From: Duganella sacchari
Lineage (GTDB): Bacteria > Pseudomonadota > Gammaproteobacteria > Burkholderiales > Burkholderiaceae_D
Length of the DNA: 24,000 nt
Assembly: GCF_900143065.1 (NCBI RefSeq)
Contig: NZ_FRCX01000007.1
Coordinates: forward strand, 336,349 to 360,348
Direction of reading: 5' to 3'
Positions 14,458 to 21,363 of this stretch are shown here, one piece after another (position 1 is the stretch's first letter; each line of letters opens with the position of its first letter). Below the pieces are notes generated by a model. That model searched no databases. It saw nothing but the letters and a program-made list of their open reading frames with translations, and had not been told where the DNA came from. The position numbers were made by a program, and so were the translations under genes.

Positions 14458-15840
14458 ATGGCTACCTCCAGCATCGGCTCAACGAGCAATACCAGCAACC
14501 AGCAGGTATCGGCGGACGTTTACAACCGCGTCCAGCAAACCATGTCCACGCAAACCGGCGCGGCCAATAAACTCAATGCGTCCATCGCCAAGGATCAGAC
14601 CAAGCTGTCTGCACTGGGGCAGCTGAAAAGTGCGCTGGCCAGCTTCCAGTCGATTGCGGCCAGCCTCAGTGGCAGCGGCCTCAGCACCAGCGCCGGCAGC
14701 TCGGCCAAGGGCGTGCTGACCGCTTCGTCCAGCGGCAATGCCAAGGCGGGCACGTATGCGCTGGACGTGAAACAGCTGGCGCAAGGCCAGTTCCTGACCA
14801 GCGACGCGTTTGCGGCTTCCACCGGCAAGATCGGCGCCGGCGGTACGACCACGGTCAAGATCGACTTCGGTACGGCGGGCGGCGAGAAGGGCTTCGTCAA
14901 TGCCGCCGTCGCCAGCAAGTCCGTCACCATCGATTCCAGCAACAACACGCTGGATGGCATCGCTGCGGCGTTCAAGGCTGCCGGCGTGGATGTCAGCGTC
15001 ATCAAGGGCGACGATGGCAAGTTCTCGCTGTCGATTGCCGGCGCGAGCGGTGCGGCCAACAGCATGCGTATCAGCGTCAGCGGCGATGCTGCGCTGAAAA
15101 ACCTGCTGACCTTCGATCCGGATGGCACGCAAAAGCTGAAGCAGAAAAACGCCGCCATGGACGCCATCCTGCTGGTCGATGGCAAGGAGGTCAAGAGCCC
15201 GACCAATACCGTCAAGGACACCGCGATTGCGGGCGCCACGCTGAACCTGGTGGCGACGGGCAAGAGCGATGTCAGCATCACCCAGGATGGCAGCCAGGTC
15301 AGCACCAACCTGAAATCCTTTGTCGCCGCTTACAACGACCTCAACGCCAAGATGCTGAAGCTGCAAAAAGGCGACCTGAAGTCGGATACGGCCCTGAACC
15401 AGGCCATCAGCCAGATGAGCATGCTGCTGAAGACAGGCGGCGGCTCGGTCTCCGTGACCGCGCTGGCCTCGGCCGGCATCAGCCAGGACAAGGACGGCAA
15501 CCTGGTGCTGGACGACAAAAAGCTGCAGGCCGCAATGACCAGCGATTCCTCGGCTGTTGCGAAATTGTTCACCAACGATGGCCGCGGCATTGCCGATCTG
15601 CTATCGTCGAAAGCTTCCTCGCTGACTTCGACCAACAGCGTGCTGGCCAAGGAAACCTCGCTGACCACCAATGAAATCGCCAGCCTGAACAGCAAGAAAA
15701 CCGCCATGACCAAGGCCTTGACGGCCCAGGCCAATGCGCTGGCGGCGCTGTACACGGCGCAGTCCAAGACCGGCGCGGGCAGCGCCATCAATGGCGCCGG
15801 CAGCAGCGGCACCGGGACCTTGTTCGATATTCTGGGCTGA
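14458..15840 (+). CDS. fliD: Flagellar filament cap protein FliD-like (hook-associated protein 2 paralogue), with no flagellar neighbours
   Basis: 460 aa, colinear with E. coli FliD from memory: KLSALGQLKSALASFQ, GTYALDVKQLAQGQ, LDGIAAAFKAAGVDVSVIKGDDGKFSLSI, MRISVSGDAALKNLL, ATLNLVATG, LKSFVAAYNDL and LASAGISQDKDGNLVLDDKKLQAAM. The extreme N-terminus (Ser/Thr/Asn/Gln-rich) and the last 40 or so residues diverge from the canonical terminal helices. Confidence 0.85.
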   Translation: MATSSIGSTSNTSNQQVSADVYNRVQQTMSTQTGAANKLNASIAKDQTKLSALGQLKSALASFQSIAASLSGSGLSTSAGSSAKGVLTASSSGNAKAGTYALDVKQLAQGQFLTSDAFAASTGKIGAGGTTTVKIDFGTAGGEKGFVNAAVASKSVTIDSSNNTLDGIAAAFKAAGVDVSVIKGDDGKFSLSIAGASGAANSMRISVSGDAALKNLLTFDPDGTQKLKQKNAAMDAILLVDGKEVKSPTNTVKDTAIAGATLNLVATGKSDVSITQDGSQVSTNLKSFVAAYNDLNAKMLKLQKGDLKSDTALNQAISQMSMLLKTGGGSVSVTALASAGISQDKDGNLVLDDKKLQAAMTSDSSAVAKLFTNDGRGIADLLSSKASSLTSTNSVLAKETSLTTNEIASLNSKKTAMTKALTAQANALAALYTAQSKTGAGSAINGAGSSGTGTLFDILG

Positions 15841-15882
15841 TAATTCTACGGAACTCCTTGCATCCGGACGGGCTATGCCCGA

Positions 15883-15903
15883 TCATCACGGCTTATGTGA
15901 TGA
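15883..15903 (+). promoter_or_regulatory. Inverted repeat TCATCAC-N7-GTGATGA in the potF-like leader
   Basis: Read directly: 7-bp arms at 15883-15889 and 15897-15903, ending 19 nt upstream of the potF-like ATG. It could be an operator or an mRNA leader hairpin. Function unknown. Confidence 0.25.
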
Positions 15904-15922
15904 ATCCCATTTCGGAGGTGCT

Positions 15923-17023
15923 ATGGCAGGGAAGTTCGTTGGTGCGGTGCTGGTCGCGGCTGGCTTGATGGCTGGTGCAGCGCAGGCGCAAGAGGAAAAA
16001 GTTCTCAATATTTATAACTGGTCCGACTACATTGCCGAAGACACGGTTAAGAATTTTGAGAAAGAGACCGGCATCAAGGTCCGCTATGACCTTTTTGATA
16101 ACAACGAAATCCTGAACTCCAAGCTGGTGGCCGGCAAATCCGGCTACGACATCGTGGTGCCGACCGCGCAATGGGCGCGCCTGCAGATCGATGGCAAGCT
16201 GCTGCGCAAGCTGGACAAGTCCAAGCTGCCTAACCTGAAAAACCTCGACCCGGCGATCCAGTCCAAGCTGGCCAATATCGATCCGGGCAATGACTACCTG
16301 GTCGACTGGCTGTGGGGTTACACCACCGTCGGCATCAACGTCAACAAGGTGAAAGCGGCGCTGGGCGGCATGCCGATGCCGGACAACGCCTGGGACCTGA
16401 TCTTCAATCCGAAATACGCTGCCAAGCTGAAGTCCTGCGGCGTGTCCTTCCTGGATTCGCCATCGGAAGTGCTGCCAGCCGCGCTAATGTATGCCGGCAA
16501 ACCAGCCTACTCGAAAAACGCGGCGGACTATGCGGAAGCCGGCAAGGTGCTGCAGGCGATCCGTCCTTACGTCACCTTGTTCAGCTCGTCGGGCTACATC
16601 AATGACATGGCCAACGGCGCAGTCTGCGTGGCGCTGGGCTGGTCGGGCGACATCAACATCGCCCGCCAGCGCGCCATCGATGCCAAGAACGGTAACGTGA
16701 TTGAAGTGCTGGTGCCGAAGACCTCGGCCGCGCTGGTGTTCGACACCATGGCGATCCCGGCCGACGCGCCGCATCCGAACAATGCCCACCTGTGGATCAA
16801 CTACATCATGCGCCCGGAAGTGCATGCGAGCCTGACCAACAAGGTGTTCTATGCCAACCCGAACGCGGCCAGCGTGAAGTTTGTGCGCAAGGATATCGCC
16901 GGCAACAAGACGGTGTTCCTGTCGGATGAGGACAAGAAGCGCATGGCCGCGCCAGAAGCGGTGCCGGCCGATATCCGCCGCAACATTACCCGCATCTACA
17001 CCAAGTTCAAGACCGGCGTGTAA
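15923..17023 (+). CDS. potF: Putrescine/polyamine ABC transporter periplasmic binding protein (PotF/SpuD family), with no adjacent permease or ATPase genes
   Basis: 366 aa from ATG 15923, with SD GGAGG at 15914-15918. Signal peptide MAGKFVGAVLVAAGLMAGAAQAQ/E. The protein is colinear with E. coli PotF from memory: LNIYNWSDYIAEDTVKNFEKETGIKVRYD, LDKSKLPNLKNLDP, KLKSCGVSFLDSP, YINDMANGAVCVALGWSGD and VFYANPN. The track start at 15734 overlaps fliD and lacks a signal peptide. Confidence 0.88.
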   Translation: MAGKFVGAVLVAAGLMAGAAQAQEEKVLNIYNWSDYIAEDTVKNFEKETGIKVRYDLFDNNEILNSKLVAGKSGYDIVVPTAQWARLQIDGKLLRKLDKSKLPNLKNLDPAIQSKLANIDPGNDYLVDWLWGYTTVGINVNKVKAALGGMPMPDNAWDLIFNPKYAAKLKSCGVSFLDSPSEVLPAALMYAGKPAYSKNAADYAEAGKVLQAIRPYVTLFSSSGYINDMANGAVCVALGWSGDINIARQRAIDAKNGNVIEVLVPKTSAALVFDTMAIPADAPHPNNAHLWINYIMRPEVHASLTNKVFYANPNAASVKFVRKDIAGNKTVFLSDEDKKRMAAPEAVPADIRRNITRIYTKFKTGV

Positions 17024-17043
17024 GCGGTCGCGTAAACGATGAA

Positions 17044-17088
17044 CGGCGCGAGGGGCGATGTCCTGGTAAGGGCACGCCGCTGGCGCCG
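17044..17088. terminator. Imperfect GC-rich hairpin between the convergent potF-like gene and the sORF; possible bidirectional terminator
   Basis: Arms CGGCGCGAGGGGCG (17044-17057) and CGCCGCTGGCGCCG (17075-17088) pair at 12 of 14 positions with a 17-nt loop. There is no U-tract on either side, so terminator function is uncertain. Confidence 0.3.
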
Positions 17089-17110
17089 TAGGCTTCGATG
17101 AAGCTGTTTG

Positions 17111-17230
17111 CTATTCGTGATAGCGGTCGATGAGTTTGTGTTTACTGCCGCGCATTTCCTGTACCAGTTCGTAGACAACCAGGGCGATCATGCCCCCGAA
17201 CATCCCCATGGTGAGCAAGGTGAACATCAT
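17111..17230 (-). CDS. Unlisted small ORF encoding a 39-aa single-TM protein
   Basis: Translation: MMFTLLTMGMFGGMIALVVYELVQEMRGSKHKLIDRYHE*. A strong SD GGGAGG (complement of 17236-17241) lies 5 nt upstream of ATG 17230. The protein has one hydrophobic helix followed by a charged tail. It lies 59 nt downstream of sixA on the same strand. It falls below the 60-aa cutoff of the ORF track. An in-frame ATG at 17245 has no SD. Confidence 0.5.
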   Translation of the reverse strand: MMFTLLTMGMFGGMIALVVYELVQEMRGSKHKLIDRYHE

Positions 17231-17289
17231 GATGGCCTCCCTCATAGTTGATACAGTTAAACTTTAGCAGAAGCCGATCGCTTTACAAG

Positions 17290-17757
17290 CTATTTAACCA
17301 CCAGATCCGCGGCCATTACCGCTTTTAGATACACACTCATGGCATCGCCGGGATCGCGTTGCGCAAACCACCAGGCGCTGGCTTTGCGGATATCCCATTC
17401 CAGGTCATCGCCCGTCATCAGCATGGCGGCCACCTGGCCCAGCGTCGGCTGATGGCCCACTACTAGGACAGAATCCTTGTTGCCCGGCCAGTTGACGGCT
17501 TTCAGGATGTCGGCCGGATCGGCGCCCGGCGCCAGGTCGGTATGGATTTTGAACTTGCGGCCCAGCGCTTCCACCGTTTGCAGGGTGCGCACGGCGGGGC
17601 TGGACAGGATCTTGCAGCTGTCCGGCAGCTGCGAGTTGAGCCATTGCCCCATGCGGCGTGCCTGCTTCTGACCCTTGCCGGTCAGCGCCCGTTCCAGATC
17701 GGTCATGCCGGGCTGCGCCTCCTCTGCCTCCGCATGCCGCCACAAAATGAGATCCAT
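17290..17757 (-). CDS. sixA: Phosphohistidine phosphatase SixA (histidine phosphatase superfamily)
   Basis: 155 aa from ATG 17757, with SD AGGAGA 5 nt upstream. The N-terminal catalytic motif is LILWRHAEA (the RHG/RHA motif). LTGKGQKQA, SSPAVRTLQT and the LVVGHQP histidine are also present. The track start at 17814 adds 19 residues with no SD. Confidence 0.85.
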   Translation of the reverse strand: MDLILWRHAEAEEAQPGMTDLERALTGKGQKQARRMGQWLNSQLPDSCKILSSPAVRTLQTVEALGRKFKIHTDLAPGADPADILKAVNWPGNKDSVLVVGHQPTLGQVAAMLMTGDDLEWDIRKASAWWFAQRDPGDAMSVYLKAVMAADLVVK

Positions 17758-17835
17758 GCTTTTCTCCTGGGTTAGCTCTGAAAACACATTTGAAAACAGA
17801 TCCCGGCCGCCCACCTCCCGGTGACGCGGCGCCGC

Positions 17836-19932
17836 TTACTCGCCAAGATGGGCGTTGGGTGTCCCCAGCGTATCCATCAGGTGTTGCTGTGCGCTGAAGT
17901 GCACCTGCTTGCCGCGTGGCCGGCGGCGCTGATAATGGCCGTCCGCTTCCAGCTCCCACGCGTTCATATTGTCCTTCAGGTAGGGGTTCAGGCCTTCGGC
18001 CAATACCCGGCGTTTCAAGGCCTTGTCCAGAATCGGGAAGGCAACCTCGATGCGGCGGAACAGATTACGGCTCATCCAGTCGGCACTGGCCAGGTAGGTG
18101 TCATGCGCTAGATCGTTGCGGAAGTAATAGATGCGGCTGTGTTCCAGGAAGCGGCCGATCACCGAACGCACCTTGATGTTTTCCGACAGGCCCGGCACGC
18201 CCGGCTTGAGGGTGCAGGCGCCGCGCACAATGAGGTCGATCTTGACGCCATCCTTGGACGCCGCGTACAGCGCGCGGATCACCGACTCGTCCACCAATGC
18301 ATTTATTTTAACAATAATACGCCCCGGCCGTCCCGCGCGCGCAATGCGTGCCTCGTTGCGGATCGCCTTGATGATCTCGTTCTGCAGCGCGAACGGCGCC
18401 AGCCATAAGTGGTTGAGGCGGTGCGGCTTGGTCAGCGACGTCAGGTGGATGAATACCTCGTTGACTTCCTGGCTCATGCCGGGATGGCAGGTCAGCAGGC
18501 CAAAGTCGGTATAGAACTTGGTCGTGGTCGGATGGTAGTTGCCGGTGCCCAGGTGGGCGTAGTAGCGCAGCTTGCCTTCTTCGCGGCGTATCACCAGCGC
18601 CACCTTGGCGTGCGTCTTCAGTCCCACCACGCCGTACACCACCTGCGCGCCGGCCTGTTCCAGCTTGTCAGCCCAGTTGATATTGGCTTCCTCGTCGAAG
18701 CGCGCTTTCAGTTCCACGATGACGGTGACTTCCTTGCCCGCCTTGGCAGCGGTAATCAGCGATTCCATCAGGTCCGAGTTCATGCCGGTACGGTAAATGG
18801 TCTGCTTGATGGCGACCACGGCCGGGTCCAGCGCAGCGCTGCGGATGAAATCGATGACGGTCTGGAAGGACTGGTAAGGGTGGTGCAGCAGGATATCGTT
18901 TTCGCGCAGGGCGGCAAAGATGTCCTGGCCGGTGGTCTTGTGCGCCAGGCCCGGGAAGAAGGGCGGGAAGCGCAGCGCCGGATTATGGATATTGTCCATG
19001 ATCTCGTTCAGGCGCACCAGATTCACCGGGCCGTTGACCGCATACAGCCGACTCTGGTGCAAGCCAAACTGGTCAAGCAGGAATTGCGACAGGTCCGGCG
19101 GGCAGTTCTTGGCCACTTCCAGCCGCACCGAGGCGCCGAACTGGCGGCCGACCAGCTCGCCCTTGAGCGCCTGGCGCAGGTTTTTCACCTCGTCCTCGTC
19201 GACCCACAGGTCGCTGTCGCGCGTCACGCGGAACTGCGAATAGCCGATCACTTCGCGGCCGGCAAACAGATCGGCGATATGCGCGTGGATCACGGAAGAC
19301 AGCAGGCAGAACGACACGCCGCCGCTCTTGGACAAATGGTCCGGCAGGCGGATCACGCGCGGCAGCACGCGCGGCGCTTTCACAATCGCAATCGCGGTGC
19401 CGCGGCCAAACGCATCCTTGCCGGTCAGCGAAACGATGAAGTTGAGACTTTTATTAACGACTTGCGGGAAGGGGTGGGCCGGGTCCAGGCCGATTGGCGT
19501 CAGCAGCGGGCGCACTTCGGTATCGAAATACTCCTTGACCCAGGCGCGCTGCGCTTCGTTGCGCTCATTGTGGCGCACCAGATGGATGCCGTTGGCCGCC
19601 ATCTCGGGCAGGATTTCGTTGTTCAGGATTTCATATTGGTGCGCGACCAATAAGTGGCACTCATTGCTGATGCGTGACAGCGTGGCGACCAGGGCAGGGT
19701 GGGTGGACAGGGAACCGTCCGCTGCGCCAGCCGCCAGCAGGCTGGCCACGCGCACTTCAAAGAACTCATCCAGGTTGCTGCTGGCAATGCACAGATAACG
19801 CAGGCGCTCTAATAAGGGAATGCTTTTATCTTCTGCTTGCGCCAGCACCCGGCGGTTAAACATCAGTTGGGAAATTTCCCGGTCGAGGAAGGCCGAGTTC
19901 TTGTTTACTTCCGCATGGGAGGCAGGCTTCAT
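17836..19932 (-). CDS. ppk1: Polyphosphate kinase 1
   Basis: 698 aa, with typical PPK1 sequence throughout: FLDREISQLMFNRRVLAQAED, LERLRYLCIASSNLDEFFEVRV, the two PLD-like domains (GLKTHAKVALVIRRE; GRFLEHSRIYYF), and YLASADWMSRNLFRRIEV. Confidence 0.95.
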   Translation of the reverse strand: MKPASHAEVNKNSAFLDREISQLMFNRRVLAQAEDKSIPLLERLRYLCIASSNLDEFFEVRVASLLAAGAADGSLSTHPALVATLSRISNECHLLVAHQYEILNNEILPEMAANGIHLVRHNERNEAQRAWVKEYFDTEVRPLLTPIGLDPAHPFPQVVNKSLNFIVSLTGKDAFGRGTAIAIVKAPRVLPRVIRLPDHLSKSGGVSFCLLSSVIHAHIADLFAGREVIGYSQFRVTRDSDLWVDEDEVKNLRQALKGELVGRQFGASVRLEVAKNCPPDLSQFLLDQFGLHQSRLYAVNGPVNLVRLNEIMDNIHNPALRFPPFFPGLAHKTTGQDIFAALRENDILLHHPYQSFQTVIDFIRSAALDPAVVAIKQTIYRTGMNSDLMESLITAAKAGKEVTVIVELKARFDEEANINWADKLEQAGAQVVYGVVGLKTHAKVALVIRREEGKLRYYAHLGTGNYHPTTTKFYTDFGLLTCHPGMSQEVNEVFIHLTSLTKPHRLNHLWLAPFALQNEIIKAIRNEARIARAGRPGRIIVKINALVDESVIRALYAASKDGVKIDLIVRGACTLKPGVPGLSENIKVRSVIGRFLEHSRIYYFRNDLAHDTYLASADWMSRNLFRRIEVAFPILDKALKRRVLAEGLNPYLKDNMNAWELEADGHYQRRRPRGKQVHFSAQQHLMDTLGTPNAHLGE

Positions 19933-20011
19933 GTCTTTTTGTTCACTTTGCTCATAAACCGATTCTATCCTCTTTTAAGGAAGAAGGATTGCTACAGTGT
20001 AAAGATTAAAT

Positions 20012-20029
20012 ATGACATCTCTGTGACAG
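20012..20029 (-). promoter_or_regulatory. Pho-box-like direct repeat oriented toward ppk1
   Basis: The minus strand reads CTGTCACAGAGATGTCAT. This matches the E. coli Pho box consensus CTGTCATAWAWCTGTCAY at 14 of 18 positions, with half-sites 11 bp apart. A -10-like TACACT (complement of 19996-20001) follows 10 nt downstream. Confidence 0.5.
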
Positions 20030-20032
20030 AAG

Positions 20033-20060
20033 CTGTCATAAATGGTCACCAATTATGACA
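20033..20060. promoter_or_regulatory. Near-palindromic Pho-like element: TGTCATAA half-sites on opposite strands flanking GGTCACC
   Basis: The plus strand reads CTGTCATAAATGGTCACCAATTATGACA. The left part resembles a Pho box with its second half-site shifted to 10-bp spacing (CTGTCATAAA TGGTCAC). The right arm is the inverted half-site TGTCATAA on the minus strand (20053-20060). Confidence 0.45.
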
Positions 20061-20142
20061 AGCAGGCGTAACATACTGATGCGAAGCGGCTTGTTCTCAT
20101 AGGAGAAGCCCAGGGAAAGAATAATTTTCAGTTATTTTGTTG

Positions 20143-20160
20143 ATGTCATAAAGCTGTCAT
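20143..20160 (+). promoter_or_regulatory. Pho box of the pstS promoter
   Basis: ATGTCATAAAGCTGTCAT matches CTGTCATAWAWCTGTCAY at 16 of 18 positions, with TGTCATA half-sites exactly 11 bp apart (20144 and 20155). A -10-like TAGACT at 20171-20176 begins 10 nt after the box, the usual PhoB-activated architecture. An extra CTGTCATA lies at 20192-20199 in the leader. Confidence 0.75.
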
Positions 20161-20213
20161 AAAACGCCGTTAGACTGCGCAGCATCCTAACCTGTCATAA
20201 CAAAGGACTTGAA

Positions 20214-21260
20214 ATGCGACTGAAACAATTGATCTCTTCCCTGGTGGTTGGCGCAGCAGCTGTAATGGCTTTCTCGTCGGCTGCCCACGCCGCCGATATG
20301 ACCGGCGCCGGCGCGACCTTCCCGTACCCAATCTACGCTAAATGGGCCGAGTCGTACAAAGCCGCTACCGGCAACGGTCTGAACTACCAGTCCGTCGGTT
20401 CGGGCGCTGGCATCAAGCAGATCAAAGCCAAGACCGTGGATTTCGGCGCATCGGACATGCCGCTGACCGCTGCTGACCTGGACGCAGAAGGCCTGATGCA
20501 GTTCCCAGCCATCATGGGTGGCGTTGTGACCGTGGTTAACCTGGACGGCGTAACCCCAGGCCAGCTGAAACTGACCGGCCCAGTGGTGGCCGACATCTAC
20601 CTGGGCAAAATCACCAAGTGGAATGACCAGGCGATCGCCGCCCTGAACCCAGGCGTGAAACTGCCAGCTGAAGACATCACCGTGGTACACCGCGCTGACG
20701 GCTCGGGCACCTCGTTCCTGTTCACCGACTTCCTGTCGAAAACCAGCCCAGAGTTCAAGACCAAGATCGGTGCTTCGACCGCGGTGAAATGGATCGTCGG
20801 CGTCGGCGGCAAAGGTAACGAAGGCGTAGCCGCCAACGTTCAGCGTATCAAAGGTTCGATCGGCTACGTCGAGTGGGCCTACGCTAAAAAGAACAAAATG
20901 GCGCACACCCAGCTGAAAAACAAGGATGGCAACTTCCTGCAACCTGACGACGACTTCTTCAAAGCCGCCGCTGCCAATGCAGAGTGGACCAAGACCCCAG
21001 GTTTCGGCGTGGTGCTGACCGACCAGGCTGGCAAAAACTCGTGGCCTATCACCGGCGTGTCGTTCATTCTGATGCACAAAGCCCAGGCGGATGCCAACAA
21101 AGGCAAGGAAGTCGTCAAGTTCTTCGACTGGGCCTTCAAAAACGGCGCCCAGCAAGCTACCGACCTGGACTACGTTCCACTGCCAGCAACCGTTGTCAAG
21201 CTGGTACAGGATTCCTGGAAAGCTAACCTGAAAGACGCTTCGGGCAAGGCAATCTACTAA
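20214..21260 (+). CDS. pstS: Phosphate ABC transporter periplasmic binding protein PstS
   Basis: 348 aa. Signal peptide [27 protein letters not shown]. PstS motifs are present: [48 protein letters not shown] and [10 protein letters not shown]-like AAGGA at 20203-20207. Confidence 0.95.
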   Translation: MRLKQLISSLVVGAAAVMAFSSAAHAADMTGAGATFPYPIYAKWAESYKAATGNGLNYQSVGSGAGIKQIKAKTVDFGASDMPLTAADLDAEGLMQFPAIMGGVVTVVNLDGVTPGQLKLTGPVVADIYLGKITKWNDQAIAALNPGVKLPAEDITVVHRADGSGTSFLFTDFLSKTSPEFKTKIGASTAVKWIVGVGGKGNEGVAANVQRIKGSIGYVEWAYAKKNKMAHTQLKNKDGNFLQPDDDFFKAAAANAEWTKTPGFGVVLTDQAGKNSWPITGVSFILMHKAQADANKGKEVVKFFDWAFKNGAQQATDLDYVPLPATVVKLVQDSWKANLKDASGKAIY

Positions 21261-21270
21261 TCCGGACTGT

Positions 21271-21303
21271 CCCTTCGCTGCCGTCAGTCGTGGCGGCGAG
21301 GGG
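21271..21303 (+). promoter_or_regulatory. Intercistronic stem-loop 1 between pstS and pstC
   Basis: A 12-bp stem CCCTTCGCTGCC (21271-21282) / GGCGGCGAGGGG (21292-21303), made of 10 Watson-Crick pairs and 2 G-U pairs, with a 9-nt loop. No U-tract. Confidence 0.6.
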
Positions 21304-21305
21304 GT

Positions 21306-21339
21306 TAGCCTGCGGTGCCCGACCGGGTACCGCAGGCTA
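21306..21339 (+). promoter_or_regulatory. Intercistronic stem-loop 2 between pstS and pstC
   Basis: A perfect 11-bp stem TAGCCTGCGGT (21306-21316) / ACCGCAGGCTA (21329-21339). An inner CCC/GGG extension sits around a 4-nt loop. No U-tract. It ends 24 nt before the first candidate pstC ATG. Confidence 0.65.
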
Positions 21340-21363
21340 GCTTACATCCACCGAGACAACAAT

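Noticed and set aside
16996-17178. 60-aa minus-strand track ORF overlapping the potF-like 3' end and the sORF region.
   Set aside because: It is in a different frame from the SD-preceded 39-codon sORF and overlaps the potF stop region. It has no SD, and its translation is basic and low-complexity.
17259-17280. TAAAGTTT on the minus strand (complement of 17259-17266) matches the sigma-28 -35 element exactly. GCCGATCG on the plus strand (17273-17280) resembles the sigma-28 -10 element.
   Set aside because: The two elements are on opposite strands. Neither has a partner element at the correct spacing on its own strand: there is no GCCGATAA-like -10 11 nt after the minus-strand TAAAGTTT, and only 11 nt instead of 15 lie between a plus-strand TAAA and GCCGAT. 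This is probably coincidental.
20088-20110. Imperfect hairpin GGCTTGTTC-tcata-GGAGAAGCC between the Pho-box clusters, containing an AGGAG.
   Set aside because: The stem has a mismatch and a wobble pair. There is no adjacent U-tract on either strand, and no start codon within range of the AGGAG. That is not enough to call an sRNA, terminator or leader peptide.
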